Below are positions 37,501 through 51,290 of a stretch of 64,000 nucleotides of DNA, one piece after another. The notes beneath the pieces are model-generated. The model saw nothing but the letters and a program-made list of their open reading frames with translations, was not told the DNA's origin and ran no database searches. How positions within the stretch are numbered: position 1 is the stretch's first letter; every line of letters starts with the position of its first letter. Source of the stretch: Rhynchobatus australiae (lineage: Eukaryota); NCBI GenBank assembly GCA_034780895.1, contig JAUZTB010000064.1:76214176-76278175 (forward strand), written 5' to 3'. A program made the translations under genes and the position numbers.

Positions 37501-40500
37501 TGTATATTGCCTGCAGTACAATATCTAACAGGTTTCTCACATTCTTAAGGTAAATAAAATTCAAAGCTGCTGCAAAATAAGATTTTGGAGCATTTACCAA
37601 TTGGTTTCAAGTGTCATGTTTCCTTCCAGCATACATTTTCTCATAGGATTAGTACTTGGCAAAATAGAACTACTGTAATTTACAGAGGTTCTGAATGAAC
37701 ACAGCCCTGTTCAACATTGCAAGATAGTAATATTGTACTCTGGAGCAGTTATTTGAAAGCTGATTTTGTTTGTACATGAACCTCATCNNNNNNNNNNNNN
37801 NNNNNNNNNNNNNNNNNNNNNNNNNNNNNNNNNNNNNNNNNNNNNNNNNNNNNNNNNNNNNNNNNNNNNNNNNNNNNNNNNNNNNNNACATCAACCACTA
37901 CCAAATTATCAGGGTAAGTATCATTAAAGAAATAGACCCAAAGGATTTACATTTAAACCATGTACGCAAAACCTTTTTTTTGTTTCTTCTGTCTTAAACA
38001 AGTGTTTTGCTCCATTCATACAAAACAATGTTACATCACCCTTCTGTTTTCCAAGAGTATTACCATAATGACTTTTTATAAGTTCCATATTAAAAGGGAA
38101 TAGACAATTTTCATGCATCTCTTCAAACCAATTAAGTTTAAAATATATATACTTTGCTAAACAATCCATGTTGTCAGTTATTTACAGGATTTAGTAGTTG
38201 TGGATTATATTTGTTTCTGAAATAAGATTTAAATGTTGAAAGTGAAATAGCTCTATTTATGGACGTTAATTTTCTATCACTTTGAGTTACATTAATGCAT
38301 AAAATCTCTATGGGTGTTGCAGTACAGTAGCTGAAAGTATCTTCCTAACAAAACAGTTTTGATTTGCTATGTGGTCATTTGTTCGTGTCTGTCAGCCTTT
38401 ATCCAGACATCTGATTGTCCGCGGGATTTAGAAAGTATTTGGTACGTTTTGATTTTAACACAGAACACTTGTCATACTGAAAATCTTCATACTTATGAAA
38501 GCATTTATGGGAATACTTGTCATTAAGAAATTTGAAGAATCAGTCAAAAACTTCTTCAAACCAGCTAGACGTGATGTTGCCAAGTCATCAGAATTATGCC
38601 TGCTTAATAGCTGGCGTATCCAATTTTCATGCATCTGGATTCGATTATAAATTAAGTTATAAGTCTCAAGGTTATGTGCCTTATCTTCCTGTGTAATACT
38701 TTTAATGTTTGTAGGTTGAATATTATTTGCTAAGGCTTCTTAAAACTTTTAATGTCTGATCTATTCCATCCTCTGGAAGATGCGCAATAGTTAATATTTA
38801 CAGCATGTAAAAACTCTGGAACTTTGGTACAAGCGGATGCAAAGATTGTTGGGGTGGGCATGGATGTAGAATCTGCAAAAACAAGCCATAAGAAATATGC
38901 AACTAGTAATTGATTAGACCCAAGTTTATTATTACAAAAGGAAATTTCTAGTGACAAGATAGACTGGTTTGAGTTAGTTTTAATTCTGTTTAAAAAGGAA
39001 TTCTGTGATGTGAATTTTTACTGATAGATTTCTAACTGACAAGTTAAACTTAAATGCTATTATGTTTTGTTTGCTTTGTTATATAGGCATCATGTTCTGA
39101 AGCAGGGACAGATATACTGCTAGTAGATTTGATTGCAATGAACATTAAAAAAAACAATTTCTAACAGTTTACTGACCCAAATTGTACTGCATGTTTGAGA
39201 ATTTGTTGAAAGAAACTCATATGATAGATCATTGAACTACTTTGTACTCCACTATGTTGGTGGTTTATTTTGTGCACAAGGAATACACAAAAATTGCTAT
39301 TTATGGTTCTTCCACATTCACAGAATTATTTTGGAACACCTTACTAGTGCAGCATCTGAAAACTTTTAAAGTGCCAGAAGTGTCAAATATCAGTGCTAAT
39401 TTGTTTAGCCAGCTTGTTGATATTTCCATTGTGTTTTTAAAATACTACTGTTACAGGTTTCCTTCTTGTGAGGTATATTGAAATAAAAGATGCTAATACA
39501 TATTATCCCATATGTTTTGTTTTCCTTTCAGGCTCATGGCTTGAATTTTAGTTGATCATTAAGCACTTTAACTTTGTTGTTCCTTTGTTAGCTCTTAAAT
39601 GTTCTGTTCCAGGCACTCATATAATGCAATTCACATACCTTTATAGATTGAGAATATATCAGAATCAAGACAGTGAAGGAATTTGCCCAAACTCAAGTGT
39701 GGGCGTAATCATTACATTCATAATCACAGCAGGTCATTGAATGATGTAGATTGGAAAGATGAGAGGTAGATTTAGGTGTTCTAACAAAAGTAATTAAACT
39801 TGACAAGGCATATTATGTTCCGATATTTTAGAGGGTAGAAAGGTTAATGCCGGAAGGGGCAAACCAGGAACAATTTTTTTTATCTTTAAGGGTTTGTATA
39901 TTCACATCAAATGTGCTACTGTTCAGAGTCAATTGAGATGGCATTTCCTCTTACATATAAGGATTCTTCATGAGATCTTGATAAGAATTTCTAAGGGCAA
40001 AATCTGAGATTCTGACAGGGAGCTTTTTACAAAAAAGTTTGTAACTTTGTTTTGAAGAGGAAGTTATTTAATAGTCTCCAAAATCACTGGAGTTCTAATA
40101 TATTGAACTTTTATCTTTTAGTTGTTGTACCCCTTCTGTTCTTTTGGTCTCCTTGTTCTCACTCACTCGCCTACTCTGATCTACGTTCTTGGACAAATTC
40201 ACTTTCCAGCTATGACTCACTCCAAAACCCCCAGGCTGGTTACTGTATTTTTCTGGTTCCCTCTTTACTCTGTTTTTCCCTCTACTGTAACCCCTACTGC
40301 ATTTCATTTTAATTTATCTGTGGAAAAAAACTTGTATTTTGCTCACAGTTAGACTTCTAGATACTCTCTATGTAATTGTATCGTGTAAATTTTCAGATCT
40401 TAATCTCAGTTCGAGTGAAATGCTGCAGTTGCTCTAGGTACAAGTTTGGGTAAGATTATTAAAGGAAAGTAGTTTGTTTAAAAGTGATGCTCTGCAATCC

Positions 40501-43369
40501 TTGCCTATTAATCTGAGAGCAAGTTTTATTTTTAGGCACGTTTTATTAGTTACGAGGTACAGTATGAGGGAATATTACTTTGAAAAGTTACTGAATTTCA
40601 AATGAGTCATCGAACAAGAGCTCATTTGTCTTTTCAGATAGGGAAAAAAAATTTGTCACAGTACTCAAAGGGTTAGAATTCCTCACCAGCATTCAATCCT
40701 CAACCAGCATTCTCATAAGAAAACTAATCATATCTCATGGGTATGGACTTCCACTATATAAAATTATCTACCACGCCTACCTACATACGCAAGTGTGGCA
40801 TTATCTTAAAGTAAATTTCAAGTTTGCATGGACTACTATGTCCAAGATTCACTGAATGATAGATGCTTCTATATCTCTTGCTCCACTCCTTTGCTGGACT
40901 CCACATGGAGTCCAACAGCAGAAAATATCTTGCTAGGATTTCCCAGCAGTACACTGGGGAATCAGCTTCTCTGATCCTGCACCAGTCAGGACTTGAATAT
41001 GATCAGAGATGCCATTCTTTTCACTGGGGAATCGTAGCTTAGAAGGCAGGGAAGGTAATTTTAAAATTATTTTACTTCAGTTTAACGTATTGATTAGTAT
41101 TTTTAGTTAATTATTTTCTATTTATTTAAAATATTTATTTTTCATTATTTATGATAATCAATAGCTTTAAGATATCTCCAGATAACAGGGGCATTAATTT
41201 TTATTTCTGATAAAAGCCTCAGATTGTTTCAAATGATGACAAAGCTTCAGCCAGCTTTTATTGTCAAGAGCATTCTGGAACAGGACCTTGACAAAATACC
41301 AGTTGTGGCCTATTTGCAGCCTTGCCAGCCAAATGTGGAAGGTTAGCAAGATTGACCCCTGCATCTGGGGAAGATAAGGTGAGTGGGAACAGTGGGAGCG
41401 CAAAACTAATTAGCCATGAAGAACAAAAATGGCACTTCCTTAATACAAGCTCCTGCTCCAGCCCTTACAGCCCCATTGTTGATATATGGATAGCTAGACC
41501 AGTTTAAAAAGTTGAAATAATCAATGTTCATATTACTGTAGTTTTAGTGTCCTTGGGTTCTGTATTGAAATATATTTCCTTAGATAGTAAGCAATATTTT
41601 TTGTCAATACAGTTGCTTTCAGAAGAGTTGACAACTGCCAAGTTTTTAAAAAGTAGAACCAAACTGTATTCTCAGCTCAAATTTAACTATAAACTGGTGT
41701 CTGGTCAAAAAAAGAAAATAGTACATTTTTTCATACTATTCTTCCATAGTAAAGGATTGGGAACAATCAAATGGAGAATTCTTTCATAGTTTCATAATAA
41801 TACTTTAAGCTATATTCACTCTATTTCTGTGAATACAGGATACTTGCCATACTCTGGAGTATGTTGCATTCTTGTCTCCAACTGGAGGCATTAGTTTATA
41901 TTATACTTTTAATGCTGTATTTGTACCCATCCATTAGTTACACCACATTTTCATTTTTTTCACTAGTAATTAAAAATTGATTTATCAAATCTCTGCCCTC
42001 ATTCATTATGTCTGCCATTAGCCAATTTCAGGANNNNNNNNNNNNNNNNNNNNNNNNNNNNNNNNNNNNNNNNNNNNNNNNNNNNNNNNNNNNNNNNNNN
42101 NNNNNNNNNNNNNNNNNNNNNNNNNNNNNNNNNNNNNNNNNNNNNNNNNNNNNNNNNNNNNNNNNNNNNNNNNNNNNNNNNNNNNNNNNNNNNNNNNNNN
42201 NNNNNNNNNNNNNNNNNNNNNNNNNNNNNNNNNNNNNNNNNNNNNNNNNNNNNNNNNNNNNNTGAATGTTTGTGAATATCTCTGATGTTCACAAACATTC
42301 ACTCAAGACCCATCAAAATTAAATATATTGTTAAAAATGTTTTAATTATTTTTAAAAATAATGAGTAAAATCACAAGCATTCACATTCAAAGCCCATTGA
42401 TTTGAAAGAGCTCTCCATACTCTCATCAAGTTAACCTGGTGCAGGTTTAATGAGTACACTCTCAACCTTAAGAGATGGAAACTCTGTGGAAGTTCATGCT
42501 GCTCTGTTCATTCCATAAGATTTCAGCCTAAGATTTGTCCCATTATTATATATCTGTTTCATAAAATCATTAGCTGTTTAAAACTGAGTTCCTTTAAAAT
42601 TTTTGAATGTGTGTTTTGAGAATGAAAGTAAAAATATGGCTGCAACACTGAATAATAATCCCTCTGTTAATTCTCGTAAGAGTTTTTAAATCCAGCCTAG
42701 CTGTGTAGGTCTAATTATCCCTCTTACTGTTTTAGATGCATGTATCCTATATGAAATTAACTGTGCCAATTAATGCATGTCAGCAGCACACAGGATTATG
42801 GTTCATCATTCCAGAGCAAATATTCCAATTCCAAGCTCTCACTAGGAAGCTGCATTTCAAAAGGAGCGAGCAAAGATTTGTTGCTTTCCCTTCACAAATG
42901 CCTTCCTGTCTGGAGCTCTGGATTGATTTTTTTCTCTCTATTTTGATTGTTAGTTTTACTTGGGGAATTACAACAGTTTCTGAGGTGGTAAAAAATTATT
43001 ACAAAGGCATAGTGGTTCTGCATATCAGGCAATATTTATGGAGAGCTAATGTCAGAATTGGAAGATTTTCTAGAGCAGTTATTAAGCAAACACAGAGCCA
43101 AGGAAAACAGATGAATTGGCACAGGGGAGGGGGGATGAGTTGTTGCAGTAGTAGTTAAAGGAAAATTTTTGTGGTAGAGTGCAAAGCAGAAGTGATAGAA
43201 GAAAATAGAGTTTAAGCAAGTAGGTGATTCCATTGAATCAAAACAAGAGAGGTCCAAATAAAATGCAAATGGACACAGGCAGAATAGTAAAGGGGAGGGA
43301 AACATTGGAAAGACTAGCAGAGCAGAGTCACTGTAACCCATGAATATGGAGGGTGAAACGTTGATCAAA

Positions 43370-44110
43370 GTTGAGTTTATTGTCATATGCACAAATAAAT
43401 GTATGCACAGGTGCAATGAAAAACTTACTTGCAGCAGCATCACAGGCACATAGCTTCAGATNNNNNNNNNNNNNNNNNNNNNNNNNNNNNNNNNNNNNNN
43501 NNNNNNNNNNNNNNNNNNNNNNNNNNNNNNNNNNNNNNNNNNNNNNNNNNNNNNNNNNNNNACAGGTGCAATGAAAAACTTACTTGCAGCAGCATCACAG
43601 GCACATAGCTTCAGATACACAACATTCACAAGAAAAACTTTTTAAACATAAATTATACAAGAAAGAACACAATTAGAACAAAAAAAGTCTATTGTAGTAC
43701 AAAGTGGTCATAGTGTTGCTATTACTGAGGTGGCGATTAGGATTGGGCAAGATTGAAACACCGAATGGTTGAAGGGAAGTAGCTGTTCTTCAACCTGGTG
43801 ACGTGGGGCTTCAGGCTTCTGTACCTCCTGCCTGATGGTAGCTGCAAGAAGATGGCGTGGCCCAGATGGTGCAGATCTTTAATGATAGATGTTGCCTTCT
43901 TAAGGCAATACCTCATAGATTCTACCAATGATGGGGAGGAATGTGCCAGTGATGTATTGGGCTGAGTCCACTGGTCTCTGTAGCTTCTTACATTCCTGCG
44001 CATTTGAATTGCTGTACTGGGCCGTGTACATCTGCAGAAGTTTGTTAAAGTGTTCAGTGACATGCTGAACCTTGTTAACCATCTAAGGAAGTAAAGATGC
44101 TGGTGTGCCT
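43370..44110 (-). mobile_element. Rex1/Babar-like LINE 3' end
   Basis: ORF 43737..44063 reads TLTNFCRCT...CLKKATSIIKDLHHLGHAIFLQLPSGRRYRSLKPHVTRLKNSYFPSTIR. Confidence 0.88.
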
Positions 44111-44249
44111 TTTAGGCTTTACATGTGGACCACCCACATACTGTGTATCAAAATGAGACCTCAGTGCAAGCACTAGCCCACAACATTTCTATCCTCTGTG
44201 ACTGGTACAAATATCTTCCATAACTGGCACCTATGGTTGGAATGTGTTG

Positions 44250-44490
44250 GGTGATTAGATCTGAATCTGTAAAACTCAGTGTCAAGATCAGAATGCTGTA
44301 GAAAGAACTCTTGTTCCTTGAATTTAAACTTCAGTGAAGCAGTATATGAAGACAAGGACAGAGGGATTAGGGTGGGAGAAGTGCAGAGAATTAAAGTGGA
44401 GAATAACCAGCAGCTCATGGTAGTGTTGTGGACTCATTATTGGTATTCAGCAATGTGATCACCAAATCTACATTTGAGGTGTCCACTACA
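44250..44490 (-). mobile_element. Penelope-like endonuclease C-terminal remnant
   Basis: Minus-strand ORF gives KFKFKEQEFFLQHSDLDTEFYRFR, similar to the end of the 31905-33470 element. Confidence 0.5.
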
Positions 44491-45554
44491 TTTTATGCAG
44501 AAAGTAATAGTAAATTGGTGCAAGATGCTTAAGTAACTATTTCTCTTGGACAATTTCAAAGTGTGCTAGACTAAATATTTTGAATTGTTTGTTTATTTGT
44601 TCCTTGCTTAAATTTAAATTGAGGTTCAGAGGAGAGAGATTATGTAAAGATAAACGGTGTATTTTTTGTCTCGCCATCTTCCAGTCTTTTCCTGCTTCAG
44701 TTATGCCAGTTCTGTAATATTTCTGTTTGTATTAGTAATCCTCTTGGTTTTCACCAGGTGTACCATATTCCAGTCATTACACAACTCTCGAGCCACCACC
44801 AAAATGCTCTTGTTAGTTCACCATTAATCAAGAATTAATAATCCTGATCTTTGGAGAGGACAGTGGATGCTCAATTCTTGAGTCTACTTTTAGAAAGATA
44901 AATATATTTTTAGGCTTTAAGAGCATCAAGAGGTATAAGAAATGGGCAAGGAAAATGGAATCACAGTTGAAAATCAGAAATTATCTTACCGAATAGCATA
45001 GCAAGCTCAAGGGATCAGATGGCTTACTCCTACTTTTCCTTACGTGTTTTTATTTGTCCTTAGGATCGTATAATTCCGTGTAGCATCATGTGGTACATTC
45101 ATAATAAGTAAAAGCAAAAAGTGCTAGAACCATTCAGCAGGTCAGGAAATATATGAAAAGAGAAACAGCATTTTCAGGTCAAAAACCATTTTGTCAGGGA
45201 GGTACATTTACTTGGAGAACCAGAAGGGAACTCCAAACATATGATTTGATTACATCGTATCTTCAGTCAAATTTCCACGAAGTTTAACGTTAAATTACAT
45301 CAGTTGCAAGAAAGCTCATCCAAGTCAATTCAGAGCATTTTGATTCTCCCATTTAAAATATCAAAAGTTGTTTATAAGGAAAGAAAATGATTTTCTCTGT
45401 TTAACTTATTTCCCTATCCCTGTAGGAGGTGCAAAATCAATACAGGCACTGATAATTAATAATTTGTTAGTATTGTGATATTAACATTAATCATGTTGAA
45501 AAGAAAAATCAGAAGTGCCAGCAATTGGATTCTTTTCAACTTGATATTTGTGTG

Positions 45555-45915
45555 GCATGGTGGAGTGACACAGTGTTGCAGCTTGTAGAGCTACTGCCTC
45601 TCAGCACTAGAGATCTAGGTTTAATCCTGACCTCTGATGCTGTCTGTGTGGAGTTTGCATATTCTCCCTGTAACTGTGTGAGTTTCCCCGGGTGGTCTGC
45701 GTCCTTCCACATTCCAAAGATGTGTGGGTTTGATAGACATTGTAAATTGCCCCTTGTGTGTAGGTGAGTAGTAGAATATGGTTGGGGGGGGGTGGAATGA
45801 TTGGAATGTGGGGATAATAAAATGGGATTAATGTAGAGTCGATATAAATGGATGGTTGATGGTCAACTTCAATTCGGTAGGCCAAAGTGCCTGTTGGCAT
45901 GCTGTAGCTCTCTCT
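45555..45915 (+). mobile_element. V-SINE-like element with LINE-like tail
   Basis: tRNA head (gcagcttgtagagct...ggtttaatcctgacc), V-domain gtggagtttgcatattctccctgt...tttccccgggtgg, tail ggccaaagtgcctgttggcatgctgta. Confidence 0.8.
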
Positions 45916-46966
45916 TGCTCTAATCATTACCTATTACAATTTTCTACTTAATAATCAATAGATTGACAATGTAATATTTGTATCATCAGTTAAGAATATT
46001 GTTTTATAATTTGAAAAATTGAACTCAAATAAAACTTAACTATAAGTAGCTATGAATATTCTTTAAGAGAAATGCTAATATTGTTACAGTTCCTTGAGTT
46101 AGAAGCATACAAGTTTCTGTTAAATAATTGTAATGCACTCTTTCGTATTTACACACTAATGTAACTAATTTAATTTGTATTGACACTTCTGGCACTTAAG
46201 GTATTTCTAAGCAACCTTGGAGAAAGTTGTACTTCTAGGACAATTGTATTAATATATGAACACTTGTGAACACTTTGTGTGCCTTTATTATTTTTTAAAA
46301 AAGTGCAAAACAAATAATATTGTTTACTGCAATGGCATGTGGCCAAAACCAGAATTGCATCCTTATCTGTTTAACTTGGATGTGTTTAAAATTATTAGTT
46401 CTAAAATGTCACATTTGGATTGTCATTGTGAATTGTTATTGTGCAGTGTTACTGTGGCTTGTGCTTTATGTTTTGTGCAATATTTTGGAAAAAAAAGTTC
46501 TTAGCATGTTGTGATTGCAATACCCTGCCTGGAAACAAAAGAGGGTTGACTCTTTTATTACTTGTTTAGCGGTAACGTCACGTTTCTACTAACACATTGC
46601 TTTAGGACTTAGTAAATTGAAAAGGACATTAATTGAAGCTCTAAAACTGTGAAAGTTGTATTTTTGTTTTGCAAGCAACTATCACGAGATAACAACTTCA
46701 AGAAATATTAACACAAATATTGAACTGTAACATAAAGCTCTTGCCGAGACTGCTTTAGAAGTGCAATCAAATATTTGCACTGCCCACCAGAACTGTAACC
46801 TTTTGCAACTTTAAGCAATAACAGCCAGAACACAAAGACTTAAACAGTGAGAGAAGCAGTGATGTTACCCAAGCAAGCCTGTAATAAAGGAGTGGACCCT
46901 ATCCTTCCATAGCTGTGTGCCAGTCTCATGCGTCAGCTTACCATCGTTTCATTCCATCCATCCTAG

Positions 46967-48017
46967 GAGACTACAGAAAAACACTGAAGAGCACGTGAAA
47001 CGAAGTGCTGAATTTGCAGATGGTTTGCTTTCAAAGGCCTTGAAAGACATTCAGTCAGGGGCATTGGACATGAACAAAGCAGCCATACTTTATGGAATAC
47101 CTCACCAGACTTTACTTTTTCATTTGGAAGCCTTATCAGGAGGAGCAGCACCATTGAAAAGTAAAACAAGAGACATGAGAGAAGGTTGTTTCTCGAAGAC
47201 CTTTGGGGAACCTAATGCACTTCTACAAAAAGTTGCATTGTGGGCTAGAGCTCAGGCAGAACGTAGTCCTGATCAATGCAGCACATACCGAAAACTCTCG
47301 CATCTAGAAACCTCAGAGTTGAAATTCCCCACTGCTTCCAGTTACCTCCATCAGTTAACCCTGCAAAGAANNNNTACACAGCTAAAAGAAAAAGATGACA
47401 ACCTTCATAACGAAAGTGTTAGTAGCTCTGTTGTTCAGTTAAAAATCCCTCAGGTACGAGCAAGCTCTGTGCCCAAATCCCAGTCTGACAGCTGTGGCCT
47501 CCTCGATGTTATGTACCAGGTATCAAAAACCTCCTCGCTGCTGGAAGGATCAGCTCTTCAAAAACTCAAAACTATCCTGCCCAAGCAGAGTAAAATTGAA
47601 TGTTCTTTACCTTTGACTCATTCTAGTGTTGATTCCTACCTACTGCATGGAGACCTTTCTCCGCTATGTCTTAATGTAAAAAATGGCACAATTGATGTGC
47701 CATCTGAAAACGATAGTCAGGATCATATTAGCCTAAAAGACAGTAAACAACCGAGAAAAAAGCGCGGCCGCTATCGGCAATATGATCATGACATTTTGGA
47801 AGAAGCTATTACAATGGTAATGAGTGGAAAAATGAGTGTCTCTAAAGCACAAGGGATTTATGGTGTACCTCACAGCACTTTAGAATACAAAGTAAAAGAA
47901 CGATCTGGGACACTGAAGACACCTCCGAAGAAGAAGCTCAGATTAACAGACACTGGGTTGTTCAGTATGACAAATTCAGGGACAAGCAGCTCCAAAAGTA
48001 GCAACAAGTCTACATAA
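46967..48017 (+). CDS. LCORL: LCORL terminal coding exon: two Pipsqueak-type HTH domains, PRKKRGR and PPKKKLR basic motifs, stop TAA at 48015-48017
   Basis: Acceptor catcctag|G AGA completes the phase-2 Gly codon from exon 6. ORF 46917..48017 contains [23 protein letters not shown] and [58 protein letters not shown], which are LCORL-type rather than LCOR-type. Four Ns at 47371-47374 keep the frame. Confidence 0.97.
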
Positions 48018-51000
48018 ATCCTCGTAAAGGGATGTAACTCAGATGGACTTCACCATACAGTAAATGCTATTTAACTAGTATTGTAAAACCACCCTTTGGC
48101 CTTCAGGCAAAGCATAGTTTCAAGCAGGGATCTGACTGTACTTCAAAAGGAACATACTTAAGTGCAGTCATATTTGCTAGTTCTCATCTTAATGCTCTTG
48201 TAGAATAATACTAATTGATTGTGTTTAGAAAAGTTGTAGTAAGAAAATTGCCGCATTATAAGTGTTTTCAGTGATTCATTTGAAAAACACAAATAGTAGT
48301 CAAACACAGCATTATTTTATAGGATTGGCTCACTGAGCCCAAGTCAGGAATAGAAACGAACTGACCAGTCTTACTACCTAAAATGGGTAAGAAAATTCAA
48401 TTCTTAAGTACAAAATCAACCTGCCAACTGAAAGGTACAGTAAATTCATAAACGTAAAGATAAATGTAAACATGTTTTAATCAGTGAAGATGTTGGAGCA
48501 CATTGTGTGCTATGTTTAAGTCCGGGCCATTGTGTATAAGTTACGCAGTTCAGCTGTATGTTTCAAATTGTGTAGTAATACAGATATTCATTTCACATTT
48601 TAAAGTGCAAAATTAGAGAGTGCCAACAGTGGATTGGCTGGTTAAAACAATGTTTNNNNNNNNNNNNNNNNNNNNNNNNNNNNNNNNNNNNNNNNNNNNN
48701 NNNNNNNNNNNNNNNNNNNNNNNNNNNNNNNNNNNNNNNNNNNNNNNNNNNNNNNNNNNNNNNNNNNNNNNNNNNNNNNNNNNNNNNNNNNNNNNNNNNN
48801 NNNNNNNNNNNNNNNNNNNNNNNNNNNNNNNNNNNNNNNNNNNNNNNNNNNNNNNNNNNNNNNNNNNNNNNNNNNNNNNNNNNNNNNNNNNNNNNNNNNN
48901 NNNNNNNNNNNNNNNNNNNNNNNNNNNNNNNNNNNNNNNNNNNNNNNNNNNNNNNNNNNNNNNNNNNNNNNNNNNNNNNNNNNNNNNNNNNNNNNNNNNN
49001 NNNNNNNNNNNNNNNNNNNNNNNNNNNNNNNNNNNNNNNNNNNNNNNNNNNNNNNNNNNNNNNNNNNNNNNNNNNNNNNNNNNNNNNNNNNNNNNNNNNN
49101 NNNNNNNNNNNNNNNNNNNNNNNNNNNNNNNNNNNNNNNNNNNNNNNNNNNNNNNNNNNNNNNNNNNNNNNNNNNNNNNNNNNNNNNNNNNNNNNNNNNN
49201 NNNNNNNNNNNNNNNNNNNNNNNNNNNNNNNNNNNNNNNNNNNNNNNNNNNNNNNNNNNNNNNNNNNNNNNNNNNNNNNNNNNNNNNNNNNNNNNNNNNN
49301 NNNNNNNNNNNNNNNNNNNNNNNNNNNNNNNNNNNNNNNNNNNNNNNNNNNNNNNNNNNNNNNNNNNNNNNNNNNNNNNNNNNNNNNNNNNNNNNNNNNN
49401 NNNNNNNNNNNNNNNNNNNNNNNNNNNNNNNNNNTGGAGACTTTGAAAATGCTTCAAGTTTTACAAATATACTCCAACCATTTCAATTCTTGCGTCCATA
49501 CATCATTCTCAGTACAAAACCAACAGCTGCTTTTCTAGTTTTACAAAGCTAATCCATTCATTCAGTTTTTGTTGGTCATATGCATTGTCATTGAAAGAGT
49601 ACCAAATTCAGCTGTTGCATTTTGATATAGATTTAATAGAAAACAGCTTTTTGAATTCAGGGTCTCTGTATGATTAGATAAGAAAAGCTTTGAACAGTTT
49701 TAAGTCTCTTGTGTTGCTAATGATCCAGTTTTCTAATTTGTGATTTTAGAATAGGGAAGATCTAACAAAAAAAAACTTTTGTGTGGATTTGGATTTAAGG
49801 TCATGCCTTTGTAGTTCATATGGAAGTTTTTGAAACAGTTGAGAGATGCCATTCAAAATTATAAGGATTAGATGAAGTTACCTTTTCTCATTAAAATATC
49901 TCGGATAGTATGAAAGATTGGGCTTACTTTGCTTCGGCAGTATAGACATGGCAGCATTCTGCTAACTTGCCATAAAAAGCAAAAGTGACATTGTTCAGTT
50001 TAATAATTTCTTAGGATTTGGTCACAATTTAAGTGCAAGTATTACAAAAGCCCTTTAAGATACAGTTCCAGCTTAGTACTAGGGATGTCACGATATTATG
50101 TTGTCTTGTAACATGGATGGTTATTGTTCCCTTTTTCCTTTAAATCATTTCATGCTATTTACATAATAAGTCTAATAGTAACTTGAATTAAATAACAGGA
50201 AATGTCACCCTTTTACGGTCAAACATTTCAATGGCATTTCAATTTTTATNNNNNNNNNNNNNNNNNNNNNNNNNNNNNNNNNNNNNNNNNNNNNNNNNNN
50301 NNNNNNNNNNNNNNNNNNNNNNNNNNNNNNNNNNNNNNNNNNNNNNNNNTATTTTTAAAGCAAAAGATTAAAATAACCAAGAAATTAAAGCAGATTTAGG
50401 TTGAATGGAGAGAATGCATAATTTAAAATAAGGAAAATATTTAAAGTTTTAAAGATTACTGGCATTATTAATTGAAATAAGTTCTTGAAATTGAATAAAA
50501 CAAATTTAGTGATATTACATTTTTCTTAACTTTATGAGAGCTTCTTAGCCTTTTGTAATGTGTATAAACACAATTTTTTGATTCTCTTTGGTGGTAGGAA
50601 AGTAGATTTTTGAAACACTACATGTTTGACTACTGTGCCACTATCTGTTTTTAATTAGATTTCCCCATAATGTTAATATCGTGACAACCAATTTTAGTAC
50701 TTAAGAATGTTTCTGAAAAAAAATTTTGTATTGCAAAACAGTGCCTCTGTTTTTAGAACTACTGCTCAGTAATGTTCAAAACCATTTTCTGGTAGATAAT
50801 GGGGAAATTTTATATTGTATATTATGTTTATTAAAACTAATTTTTAGTTTACAGTAAATACAGATTTATCACCTGTTTATTTTCAAATTGCAGTGCAGTA
50901 TTTCCATTATCACAGTAATATAGCTAAACTCTGTGGCTGCCTTGATTTTAAAAATTGGTTAATGTAAAACTGATTTTAGATGATTAGTTATATTTATGCA

Positions 51001-51290
51001 TAAATCAATTGCACTATATTCATGAATTATTTATTACAATATTTTCTAATGAAAACAATGTTATCTGGACAATGTGTCTTGTGGTGTTATACATTTACTG
51101 TGATTCTGTTTTCCTATGATGTGTTGTTTAATAATCCTCAATCTGTACAGATTTCAGCTGTTTTAATTGTGTTTATAGGTTGTAATTTGTAGTAAAGCAC
51201 TTTGATGCTTTTGCACATAAAATTGAAAACCAGTAAAATGTGATTGTTGTCTTTTTTATGTACAGTAGATCATAAAGTTCTGTATTCCAT
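48018..51290 (+). other. LCORL: Putative long LCORL 3' UTR (end approximate)
   Basis: AT-rich stretch after the stop codon with no retroelement I can recognise. AATAAA at 50494; variant signals CATAAA/AGTAAA near 51216-51276 are followed by GT/T-rich sequence. Confidence 0.55.

Noticed and set aside
43406-43617. Identical ~56-nt repeat on both sides of a 100-N gap
   Set aside because: Same contig-overlap artefact.
46917-46966. ORF start at GTG 46917 as an independent single-exon gene
   Set aside because: It is the terminal exon of spliced LCORL; the upstream codons are better explained by an alternative acceptor.
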